A stretch of 64,000 nt of DNA. Source: Minisyncoccota bacterium. GTDB taxonomy: Bacteria > Patescibacteriota > Minisyncoccia > Phycocordibacterales > PALSA-1337. The notes below the pieces were generated by a model, which did not search any database, had not been told where the DNA came from, and saw only the letters and a program-made list of their open reading frames with translations. Position 1 is the first letter of the stretch; each line of letters starts with the position of its first letter. Below are positions 9,647-18,017 of this stretch, one piece after another. The DNA lies in the NCBI GenBank assembly GCA_028713005.1, contig JAQTPC010000001.1, positions 33,414-97,413 of the forward strand, in the 5' to 3' direction. Both the position numbers and the translations under genes were made by a program.

Positions 9647-10324
9647 ATGAATAAAATAGAAATCATCCCCGCTATCCTCGTCGACGATTTTGAGGAGCTC
9701 CAAGACAAGATCGAGCTTATCAAGCTGAATACCAAACGTATACAGATCGATATTTGTGATGGTCAATTCACTCCGAGTGCCACGTGGCCATATAGAAAAC
9801 CTGACAATAACTTCGAGATGCTCATTCGTGAAGATCAGTCACTGCCTGGCTGGGAAAAGATCGACTACGAGTTCGACCTTATGCTCAACAAACCAGAAGA
9901 AGTCGTTGATGATTGGGTATCTGTCGGCGCAACTCGTATTGTTTTGCACGCTGAGTCAAAAGGAGACATAAAAGCTGCGATTGAAAAATTGCAAGGTAGA
10001 GTAGAAATTGGTTTGGCTTTGAATATTGATACACCAATCTCAATGATCAATGACGCAATAACCAATAACCAAATTCAATTCGTCCAGCTCATGGGTATTG
10101 ATCATATCGGTTTTCAAGGACAAGATTTTGATGCAAAAGTTTTGGAAAAGATACAAGAAGTCAAAAAGCTCTATCCGGATATACCCGTTTCTATCGATGG
10201 GGGAGTTAGTCTTGAGACAGCACAAGATCTCATTGATGCAGGCGCAGATAGGTTGGTCATCGGTTCAGCTATTTTGAATGCAGAGAGTCCGCTCAATGCT
10301 CTCGAGGAGTTTCAGAGTTTATAA
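9647..10324 (+). CDS. rpe: Ribulose-phosphate 3-epimerase
   Basis: IIPAIL, QIDICDGQF, GFQGQ, ISIDGGV-type motif, AGADRLVIGSAI; pentose-phosphate context. Confidence 0.88.
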   Translation: MNKIEIIPAILVDDFEELQDKIELIKLNTKRIQIDICDGQFTPSATWPYRKPDNNFEMLIREDQSLPGWEKIDYEFDLMLNKPEEVVDDWVSVGATRIVLHAESKGDIKAAIEKLQGRVEIGLALNIDTPISMINDAITNNQIQFVQLMGIDHIGFQGQDFDAKVLEKIQEVKKLYPDIPVSIDGGVSLETAQDLIDAGADRLVIGSAILNAESPLNALEEFQSL

Positions 10325-10346
10325 TTTCATCAGTAATCTAAGATAC

Positions 10347-10379
10347 CCACACCTGCTAGGTCGGACCTAGCAGGTGTGG
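10347..10379. repeat. Palindrome CCACACCTGCTAGGTC-g-GACCTAGCAGGTGTGG with REP-like core
   Basis: Perfect 16-bp arms centred on AGGTCGGACCT. Confidence 0.8.
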
Positions 10380-10405
10380 AGTATTTCGTATGATATACTA
10401 TTCCT

Positions 10406-11254
10406 ATGTCATTGACCGATGAAAAAGTAAAGCTCCTCGAAGCAAAAGCCCTCGACATCCGTCGTTCGCTCATCGAATCTCTCATTGAAGCAAAATCAGG
10501 TCATACCGCTGGTCCGCTCGATATGGCCGACATCTTCACCTATCTCTATTTCCACGCGCTCAAGCACGATCCAAAGAAACCCGCGTGGCCATATCGCGAC
10601 CGTCTCATCCTCTCAAACGGCCACATCTGTCCGGTGCTCTACTCAACCATGGCGCATGCAGGGTATTTTCCTGTATCTGAACTCAAAACACTCCGCAAGT
10701 TTGGCTCACGTCTCCAAGGGCACCCACATCGTGAGTGGCTACCTATGCTCGAAAACTCTTCTGGTCCGCTCGGTTCAGGACTTTCCCAAGCTGTCGGCAT
10801 GGCAATGGCTGACAAGATCGACAACGGCAAGACATCAGGAAAATATTTCTACTGCTTGCTCGGTGATGGTGAGCTTGATGAAGGAAACAATTGGGAAGCC
10901 ATTATGTTCGCGGCGCGAGAAAAGCTTCATAATGTGATTGCTATAGTTGATCGTAACAATATCCAGATAGATGGGTTCACCGAGGATGTCATGCCACTCA
11001 ATCCGCTCACTGACAAATGGAAAGCGTTTAATTGGCATGTCATCGAGGTTGATGGACACAATTTCCGTGATATCGACCGTGCGGTTGGTGAGGCACAGGC
11101 TGTCTTCGACAAACCATCAGTCATCATCGCAAATACGATTGCCTCAAAGGGTATTCCGGCTTTTGAACGTAAGTTTGAATGGCATGGTAAGCCACCGGGT
11201 ACGCCAGAGGAGATAAAGACGGCTAGGGAAGCGTTGGGGATTAATAAAAATTAA
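10406..11254 (+). CDS. Transketolase, N-terminal (TPP-binding) subunit
   Basis: SGH, RDRLILSNGH, LQGHP, GDGELDEG...N TPP motif. Confidence 0.95.
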   Translation: MSLTDEKVKLLEAKALDIRRSLIESLIEAKSGHTAGPLDMADIFTYLYFHALKHDPKKPAWPYRDRLILSNGHICPVLYSTMAHAGYFPVSELKTLRKFGSRLQGHPHREWLPMLENSSGPLGSGLSQAVGMAMADKIDNGKTSGKYFYCLLGDGELDEGNNWEAIMFAAREKLHNVIAIVDRNNIQIDGFTEDVMPLNPLTDKWKAFNWHVIEVDGHNFRDIDRAVGEAQAVFDKPSVIIANTIASKGIPAFERKFEWHGKPPGTPEEIKTAREALGINKN

Positions 11255-11255
11255 T

Positions 11256-11474
11256 ATGAATTTCATTGCGATTCCATTTATTACATTAAGTTTACTTCTG
11301 CCAATTATAATTTTGATTGCGCTTATTTATGCAACAATTGTGCTCAGAAAACAGAAAAGATACTTTCTATTAATATTTTTGTATATTTTAACTATATTCA
11401 TAATTTATTCAGCTGGTGATAAGATATTTTATACTTTTATTGAATTAATTCATGGACAAAATATTTACCCTTAA
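11256..11474 (+). CDS. Small AT-rich membrane protein
   Basis: 72 aa, 2 TM, between the transketolase halves. Confidence 0.55.
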   Translation: MNFIAIPFITLSLLLPIIILIALIYATIVLRKQKRYFLLIFLYILTIFIIYSAGDKIFYTFIELIHGQNIYP

Positions 11475-11492
11475 TAAATAATAAAAACTAAC

Positions 11493-11744
11493 ATGAGAAC
11501 AATCGAAACAATCTTAAAACTATCTTTCCTTGGACTTTCTATTTATTTCTTGAGTACACAAGCAGTGTTGTCTCCTTTATTTAACTTACTTCTTCTCGTA
11601 AGTATCGTTCTTGGCATGGTCCTCATGTTCAATCATGAAGCCAGTTACCATTTCAAGCAGACAAAGAAGGATTTGAATATCCGTAAAATAGAGGGTGGGG
11701 TACTCATATTCTTTGCTGCGATCGTAAGTAGTTTGGGATTGTAA
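11493..11744 (+). CDS. Small membrane protein
   Basis: 83 aa, 3 hydrophobic segments. Confidence 0.6.
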   Translation: MRTIETILKLSFLGLSIYFLSTQAVLSPLFNLLLLVSIVLGMVLMFNHEASYHFKQTKKDLNIRKIEGGVLIFFAAIVSSLGL

Positions 11745-11753
11745 TTTATTTTA

Positions 11754-12767
11754 ATGCTTAACCCTCACCAAAAACTTAACCCGCACCTCTTCGACAAGGA
11801 CGTCGAACAAGTTCCTATACGCAAAGGATTTGGTGAGGGACTCCTCCAAGCAGCCGAAGCAGACAAGCGCATCGTCGGCCTCTGTGCAGACCTGACTGAG
11901 TCGACGCACATGCTCGCTTTCAAGCAAAAGTTCCCAGAACGATTCGTAGAGATGGGCATCGCTGAACAAAATCTCGCCGCATTAGCTTCAGGTATGGCCG
12001 CTATGGGCAAAGTTCCATTCATCACCTCATATGCGATGTTTAGTCCTGGTCGTAATTGGGAACAAATACGTACGACCATCGCGTATAATAATAGACCGGT
12101 AAAAATCGCCGGTTCACATGCTGGTATATCAGTCGGCCCAGATGGAGGCACACACCAAGCTATCGAAGATATCGCCATCACTCGTGTCATACCTCGTATG
12201 GTCGTCATCGCACCCTGTGACTCTATCGAAGCGCGCAAGGCAACTATCGCTTCAAGCAAGACAGACTCGCCAACCTATATCCGCCTTGCACGTGAGAAAA
12301 CTCCAGTCATAACTACTGACGAGACGCCGTTTGAGATAGGGAAAGCTCAAGTGGTATTTGACTCACGTGTCTCAAGTGATTCACATAAAAGAGATCTCGA
12401 TGTAGGTATCATCGCTACTGGTGCTCTCCTCTACAAAGCACTCAAAGCTGCTCGTAAACTCAATCAAGAAGGGAAAAATGTGGCAGTGGTTAACCTTTCA
12501 ACGATCAAGCCACTCGATGAAGATACGATCATCAAAGTCGCTCATGACGCTGGTGCTATCGTCACCGTTGAAGAGCATCAGATCGCGGGAGGTATGGGTT
12601 CAGTTGTAGCTGAATGCCTCGCGAAGCATTTCCCAGTACCGATCGAGTTTGTCGGAGTAAAAGATCTGTTCGGCCAATCAGGTACTCCTGATGAGCTCAT
12701 TGCGCACTATGGTATGGATGAAAAAGATATTCATCAAGCCGTATTGAAAGTGCTGTTGAGAAAGTAA
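11754..12767 (+). CDS. Transketolase, C-terminal (pyrimidine-binding) subunit
   Basis: MGIAEQN, GPDGGTHQAIED, TVEEHQIAGGMG. Confidence 0.95.
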   Translation: MLNPHQKLNPHLFDKDVEQVPIRKGFGEGLLQAAEADKRIVGLCADLTESTHMLAFKQKFPERFVEMGIAEQNLAALASGMAAMGKVPFITSYAMFSPGRNWEQIRTTIAYNNRPVKIAGSHAGISVGPDGGTHQAIEDIAITRVIPRMVVIAPCDSIEARKATIASSKTDSPTYIRLAREKTPVITTDETPFEIGKAQVVFDSRVSSDSHKRDLDVGIIATGALLYKALKAARKLNQEGKNVAVVNLSTIKPLDEDTIIKVAHDAGAIVTVEEHQIAGGMGSVVAECLAKHFPVPIEFVGVKDLFGQSGTPDELIAHYGMDEKDIHQAVLKVLLRK

Positions 12768-12789
12768 ATCCCCGAGGGTAGGCCTCGGG

Positions 12790-12818
12790 TTGACACTTAT
12801 ATATAATAAGAGTATAAT
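12790..12818 (+). promoter_or_regulatory. Consensus sigma70 promoter TTGACA-N17-TATAAT
   Basis: TTGACA 12790-12795, TATAAT 12813-12818; abuts hairpin CCCGAGG/CCTCGGG after transketolase. Confidence 0.85.
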
Positions 12819-12882
12819 ATTACTCAAAGTTCACAAGGCACGTGTTTGTTTTTACAAATACGAGCACAACATAAAGGCACAA

Positions 12883-13350
12883 ATGAAAGATAATCTATCA
12901 CTTGTGTTAACCAAACCAGAAGGAACGGGTTTTTTGGATACTGCTCGGGTGGAATTGCCACACGTAGGCAAAGTGGTCCTGGAAAAATCGGTGACAATTA
13001 CCGAAGAAATGCTTCGTGTCATGTATCCGAACGACACTGACGAGGAACGGAGCGTTAACCACCCACACATGCTCGGTAAAACGTGCGTGGTGTTTGTCCT
13101 TGAAGGACAGAACATTGTCAACGACCTCTTCGTCTTTGTTGGTAAAGATCGAAATCCTGAGATGTGTGATCCGCGTTCACTGCGCTATCGAGTATGGAAT
13201 TCGGGTTTTTTCCCACTTCCAGTCCTCATGCCCAGTAACAAGGAATACTACTTCAATGGTTTTCATCGGGTCAAAACGGCTGAAGAATTCCACCTGCAAG
13301 CACCCATCATCCTCAATGGTAGTTACGACGTTTTGGTTAATACTCAATAA
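12883..13350 (+). CDS. Nucleoside-diphosphate kinase-like protein (divergent)
   Basis: SLVLTKPEG, VFVLEGQNIV, VG..NP..CDPRSLR, NGFHR (phospho-His position kept). Confidence 0.7.
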   Translation: MKDNLSLVLTKPEGTGFLDTARVELPHVGKVVLEKSVTITEEMLRVMYPNDTDEERSVNHPHMLGKTCVVFVLEGQNIVNDLFVFVGKDRNPEMCDPRSLRYRVWNSGFFPLPVLMPSNKEYYFNGFHRVKTAEEFHLQAPIILNGSYDVLVNTQ

Positions 13351-13385
13351 GAGCGGCAGGTTCTAAACCAGCCGCTCTTTCTTTT
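13349..13385 (+). terminator. Intrinsic terminator
   Basis: AAGAGCGGC...GCCGCTCTT followed by T-run. Confidence 0.8.
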
Positions 13386-13406
13386 ACCCAAAACTGCACC
13401 CTTAAG

Positions 13407-13449
13407 TTATACACAACCCCCTTGCGCGCCAGAATATTAGTGCTAAGAT
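13407..13449 (+). promoter_or_regulatory. DnaA-box-like TTATACACA plus promoter TTGCGC-N16-TAAGAT (extended TG)
   Basis: TTATACACA 13407-13415, -35 at 13422-13427, -10 at 13444-13449. Confidence 0.55.
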
Positions 13450-13456
13450 TATATCT

Positions 13457-14200
13457 ATGAACATCGTGATTACAAAGTTTACCTCTCCTTCAAACCTCGC
13501 GTCTAAGACGCAGGTTGTTGGAAGTCGGACTTTGTAACAAATTCTCCTCAATTGGTTACAACATCGGGCTCCCAACGAAAAGGGAGTCCGTTTTGCATAT
13601 CCACCCGCTTGAGCGGACTGGAACGAGTGCAAAAGCAGTTCATTTGAAAGCTCAAAAGACTATGAATACCGAGAATCACGCAACCAATGGTGTGCCTCTT
13701 GCCTTAACATCAACAATTGATTTGTTTGCAACGAGGCGGACACGCAGCAAATATGCTGCCAAAATGCAGGGTCGGATCGGCTGGTGGCACCCTCCCGGCA
13801 AAAAAGCGACAGCCTATTGGTGGTCCGAAAAGCTGGAGCGATGGAACTTGGTTCAAACCAATCCACGCAAAGATAAAGCAACTCGCTTGATGCGAACACC
13901 CCAAGTCAGTCCCGCCTCGTCTCACGTTGGCTGGGAAGCAGGTATCAAATCTCCCATTTTGCCCGGTGAATCTTCCGGCGATCCGGAATTTGAACATGGT
14001 AATGGTGATTAATTCAATTTGTAGACCAGATGTGTATGACGCTGTGTCACATCACTCTGATGTGCTGCCTACAGCATGTCTGGTCTCCACGATTTTGGGC
14101 ACCGATCGGCAAACGCCTAGATAAAGTTATCCTGAGAGAAACCTCTAGTGCGTCGCTCGGTTCAAGCTCATAAGCGCACGGTCTATACTGTGCGCTTTTT
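13457..14200 (+). ncRNA. Candidate large structured RNA (or mRNA with long structured UTRs)
   Basis: Bounded by promoter and terminator; more than 10 nested helices visible by eye; no match to RNase P, tmRNA or SRP motifs that I could recognise. Confidence 0.45.
13662..14012 (+). CDS. Possible 116-aa orphan ORF within the structured transcript
   Basis: MNTENHATNG...GRIGWWHPPGKKATAYWWSEKLERW; no SD; overlaps strong hairpins. Confidence 0.35.
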   Translation: MNTENHATNGVPLALTSTIDLFATRRTRSKYAAKMQGRIGWWHPPGKKATAYWWSEKLERWNLVQTNPRKDKATRLMRTPQVSPASSHVGWEAGIKSPILPGESSGDPEFEHGNGD

Positions 14201-14201
14201 T
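14172..14201 (+). terminator. Intrinsic terminator
   Basis: AAGCGCACGG-tctata-CTGTGCGCTT plus T-run. Confidence 0.85.
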
Positions 14202-14282
14202 ATTTTTTGAGTCATCTACTTCTTCGGTTGACATGCATATATCAACGTAATAGAGTTGGATTAAAGAAAGGAGACTTGCACC

Positions 14283-14747
14283 ATGAAAACAACTGAAAGA
14301 ATACTCGTTCGGGTTATGCCCGAAGCAATGTCGCGTCTCGTGTGGATCATGCGTCAGTTGCTTTCAACTCACGCAAAAATACTTCACAAGCGCGTAGTGA
14401 ACCTCGACACTGACACAGTCAATGCACTTCATCCAACCGCAAACGGTCAGGTGAAGGCAGAGATTCTGCAGCGTCTCAAGGGTCAGCAGATCGGCCTGTT
14501 TCTTCTTGAAGGTGAAAATGTGGTTGAACACATCACACGACTGGTTGGAACAGATAATAAGCAGTATTTGTGGACGATAAACACATTGCAGGGTCAATTA
14601 CTCGTGGAGTTCTACCTCCGTATCAATCGCTCATACGCGGATAGCGTCTACCACTACCACTTCATCGAGTGTGTAACCGACCCTGACGAAATCAAGCGTC
14701 AATACGCTCTTCTGACAGATAAATCACTCTACTCAAAAACGTTTTGA
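14283..14747 (+). CDS. Degenerate NDK-fold protein
   Basis: TERILVRVMPEA, LFLLEGENVV..ITRLVG; catalytic His position reads HFIECV; promoter TTGACA-17-TAGAGT (14228-14256), SD AAAGGAG. Confidence 0.6.
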   Translation: MKTTERILVRVMPEAMSRLVWIMRQLLSTHAKILHKRVVNLDTDTVNALHPTANGQVKAEILQRLKGQQIGLFLLEGENVVEHITRLVGTDNKQYLWTINTLQGQLLVEFYLRINRSYADSVYHYHFIECVTDPDEIKRQYALLTDKSLYSKTF

Positions 14748-14792
14748 TCACATTCAGCGCATCCTTCACTGGTATGCGCTGTTTTTTTGATT

Positions 14793-14879
14793 CGACAGGT
14801 CCGACCTAGTTCTAGGTCGGACCTGTCGGGAAAACTATCATTTTGTTAAGTAAACTCGTTGCTTACAGGTCGGACCTGG
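14793..14879. repeat. Composite REP/BIME-like element (inverted copy of 5584-5675)
   Basis: CGACAGGTCCGACCTAG-tt-CTAGGTCGGACCTGTCG, linker TTTTGTTAAGTAAACTCGTTGCTTA, CAGGTCGGACCTGG. Confidence 0.88.
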
Positions 14880-14926
14880 CAAAACATCCTTTAAATACCT
14901 CTACTTTTGTGTTATAAAGTAAGCCT

Positions 14927-17002
14927 ATGTCCGCCAAACCCCTCTTTCAACTCGCGACACCATATAAACCAGCAGGTGACCAACCAAAGGCTATTTCAGG
15001 GCTCGTAGAAGGGCTCAAGAAGGGTTTTACCAAGCAAACCTTGCTCGGAGTCACAGGCTCAGGTAAGACCTTTACCGCGGCTAATGTCATCACTCAGTTC
15101 AACAAGCCGACCCTTGTCATTGCTCATAATAAAACCCTTGCCGCACAGCTTGCCCAGGAGTATCGTGAATTTTTCCCGCACAATGCAGTGCACTATTTCG
15201 TCTCATACTATGACTACTATCAGCCAGAGGCATATATTCCATCGAGTGATACATACATCGAAAAAGAAGCCATGATCAATGAAGAGATCGAGCGTCTCCG
15301 TCACGCATCGACGCAAGCACTTCTTACGCGTAAGGATGTAATTATAGTTGCGTCAGTTTCTTGTATATACGGTTTGGGTAGTCCTGAAGAATATGAAAAG
15401 GTGAATCTCAAACTCAAAGTCGGCATGGAACTATCGCGCGCAGAGCTCATCCGCAAATTGATCGACATTCACTTTGAACGCACACTGGCTGATCTGAAGT
15501 CTGGTCAATTCCGCGCAACAGGCAATATGCTCGAAGTCATGCCCGTCAACGAAAAGACTATTTATCGTATCGAGTACGACACCAACGACAAAGGTGAGGC
15601 GGTCATCTCACTCATCACCGAGCTTGATCCCGTCAGTCGTTCCGTGCGTGCCAGTCATGAGGCTATCTTCATTTTCCCAGCAAAGCACTTCATCTCATCT
15701 GATGAGCAGAGTGCCAAAGCGTACAAGACCATCCAAGCTGAGCTCGTCGATAGACTCAAAGTGCTCGAAAAGGGAGGCAAGATGCTCGAAGCAGAACGTC
15801 TCAAGCGTCGCGTCAAGTATGATCTCTCTATGATCAAGGAGATCGGGTATACGAACGGCATTGAGAACTATTCACGTCACTTCAGTGGGCACATGCCCGG
15901 TGAAGCGCCTGATACACTCCTCGCATACTTTCCAAAAGACAAAGATGGCAATCCAGACTTCCTGACCATCATCGATGAGTCGCATGTCACCATCCCACAG
16001 TTGAACGGTATGTATGCCGGCGATGCCTCACGCAAAGAGACGCTGATCGAGCACGGTTTCCGTTTGCCGTCTGCCAAGGACAATAGACCGCTCAAATTCC
16101 CGGAGTTCCTCGAACGTGTGGGCCCCATGATCTATACCTCAGCGACGCCAGGTAAATATGAAGTAGCCGAATCACAAAATGTCGTCGAGCAAGTCATCCG
16201 TCCAACTGGCCTCATTGATCCGGTGGTTGATATCAAGCCAATCAGGGAAAATGCGTCGAGTGGCTACAAGGGTCAAATATTTGATTTCATTGAGGAAGCA
16301 GAGAAGACTATCAAGAGCGGTTTCCGTGTCATCGCCACCACTCTGACCAAAAAGATGGCTGAGGATCTGTCTGAATTCCTCAAGGAAAAGAAGATCAAAG
16401 CGGCATATCTCCACAGCGATATCAAAACCATTGAGCGCATCAATATCCTCACTGACTTCCGCAGAGGGAAGTACGATATCGTCGTGGGCGTCAACCTCCT
16501 CCGTGAAGGACTGGATCTCCCTGAAGTGTCCCTCATCGGCATCCTCGATGCTGACAAAGAAGGCTTCCTCCGCAGTGAGACCTCTCTCATCCAGACTATC
16601 GGCCGTGCGGCGCGCAACTCTGCTGGTCGCGTCATCCTCTATGCCGACACCATGACCGACTCCATGAAGAATGCCATCCGCGAAACTGATCGCCGTCGCG
16701 CCATCCAGGTCGCATACAATACCGAGCATGGCATCACCCCAACCACCATCATCAAGGCTATCCATGACATCACCGACCAGTTGCGCACTGAGCATGATAA
16801 GGCGGTGAATGCACTTGTGAAGATCGATGAGGAATTGGCGCGCACTGACCCCAAGAAGCTCTACCGCATGAAGGAGGAAGCTATGGCCGAGGCTGTGCAA
16901 GCGCTCGACTTTGAGACTGCGGCACTCATACGCGATGAGCTTTTCAAGTTGGAGGAAAAGATGGGTGTGCCGGGGAGGAAGGGTAATAAATTATATGAAT
17001 AA
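14927..17002 (+). CDS. uvrB: Excinuclease ABC subunit B
   Basis: LLGVTGSGKT, YFVSYYDYYQPEAY, IDESH, NLLREGLDLPEV, QTIGRAARN, C-terminal UVR. Confidence 0.98.
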   Translation: MSAKPLFQLATPYKPAGDQPKAISGLVEGLKKGFTKQTLLGVTGSGKTFTAANVITQFNKPTLVIAHNKTLAAQLAQEYREFFPHNAVHYFVSYYDYYQPEAYIPSSDTYIEKEAMINEEIERLRHASTQALLTRKDVIIVASVSCIYGLGSPEEYEKVNLKLKVGMELSRAELIRKLIDIHFERTLADLKSGQFRATGNMLEVMPVNEKTIYRIEYDTNDKGEAVISLITELDPVSRSVRASHEAIFIFPAKHFISSDEQSAKAYKTIQAELVDRLKVLEKGGKMLEAERLKRRVKYDLSMIKEIGYTNGIENYSRHFSGHMPGEAPDTLLAYFPKDKDGNPDFLTIIDESHVTIPQLNGMYAGDASRKETLIEHGFRLPSAKDNRPLKFPEFLERVGPMIYTSATPGKYEVAESQNVVEQVIRPTGLIDPVVDIKPIRENASSGYKGQIFDFIEEAEKTIKSGFRVIATTLTKKMAEDLSEFLKEKKIKAAYLHSDIKTIERINILTDFRRGKYDIVVGVNLLREGLDLPEVSLIGILDADKEGFLRSETSLIQTIGRAARNSAGRVILYADTMTDSMKNAIRETDRRRAIQVAYNTEHGITPTTIIKAIHDITDQLRTEHDKAVNALVKIDEELARTDPKKLYRMKEEAMAEAVQALDFETAALIRDELFKLEEKMGVPGRKGNKLYE

Positions 17003-18017
17003 ATTTGATGACATCAGTAAGTATATTTCTAAAAATCTCAACGAAAATACTTTGCAAGTAGCTGTGCGCGAAGGTATAAGCTTAGAGTTTAAAGAAAATT
17101 ACGATTGGTCAAATAAAGATGACTATGCGAAAACTATCGCATCATTCGCTAATAATCGCGGTGGTTACCTTATATTTGGAATTACAAACGCACCCAGAAT
17201 ACTGAAAGGTTTATCAAGTAATAATTTCGAGAATCAAGATGATGCTATTATTACTTCCTACTTGAACAGTGTATTTTCTCCTGAAATTAATTACGAAAAA
17301 TATGAAAAAATAGTAGTAGATAAAAGGATTGGGGTTATCTATGTTCATCAGTCACAGCAAAAACCAATTGTTGCAATTAAAAATGATAAAGGAATCAAGG
17401 AAGCAGAAATCTACTACAGATACAAAGCGAGAAGTGAGAAAATTAAATTTCCTGAGCTTAAAAGTATTTTCGATAATATACGCGAAAAAGAGAGAGATAA
17501 TTGGATGAATTTATTTGAAAAAATATCAAAAATTGGTCCAGAAAATGTGGGGGTTATGGATACGGTTAGAGGCACCTTAGAGGGAAAAGGCGGGTCACTT
17601 CTTATTGATAGTAAACTCGTTCCTAAGCTTAAATTTATTAAGGATGGTCATTTCAGTGAAAATGGAAAGATTGCCCTTAAGTTGATTGGTGACATCAAAC
17701 CTGTTTCTGTTGCAAGTTACGGTAAAATAGGGAGCGCATCCATAAGAATTACGGATGATCCAACAGCTTTTGCAATTAGTGAAGAAACTATTCTTAAACA
17801 GTACCCCTTAGATTATTTTGATTTGATTAAAGCGTTACGAACTAGATTTCCTAGCCTCAAAATTAACCCTGAATTCCATAAAATCAAGGATATATTAATT
17901 AAAAATCCAAAGTACTGCATAACACGCTATCTCGATCCAAATAAAAAGAAAGGTAGTCAAAAGTCATTTTATAGTAATTCAATTATTAAAGAGTTTGATA
18001 AACATTATAAAAAATGA
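16995..18017 (+). CDS. AlbA_2 (Schlafen-like) domain protein with uncharacterised C-terminal domain
   Basis: EGISLEFKE...KTIASFANNRGGYLIFGI; AT-rich; start overlaps the uvrB stop. Confidence 0.8.
   Translation: MNKFDDISKYISKNLNENTLQVAVREGISLEFKENYDWSNKDDYAKTIASFANNRGGYLIFGITNAPRILKGLSSNNFENQDDAIITSYLNSVFSPEINYEKYEKIVVDKRIGVIYVHQSQQKPIVAIKNDKGIKEAEIYYRYKARSEKIKFPELKSIFDNIREKERDNWMNLFEKISKIGPENVGVMDTVRGTLEGKGGSLLIDSKLVPKLKFIKDGHFSENGKIALKLIGDIKPVSVASYGKIGSASIRITDDPTAFAISEETILKQYPLDYFDLIKALRTRFPSLKINPEFHKIKDILIKNPKYCITRYLDPNKKKGSQKSFYSNSIIKEFDKHYKK

Noticed and set aside
13457-14200. RNase P, tmRNA, group I/II intron or c-di-GMP riboswitch identity
   Set aside because: No GAGGAAAGUCC, no tRNA-like ends, no host gene or splice motifs; GGCAAACGCC (14108) lacks the rest of the c-di-GMP-I consensus.
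1797-14879. Palindromic repeats as a CRISPR array
   Set aside because: Copies are dispersed over kilobases with no regular repeat-spacer periodicity, and there are no cas genes.
16172-16900. 242-aa minus-strand ORF
   Set aside because: Antisense to uvrB and explained by codon bias.
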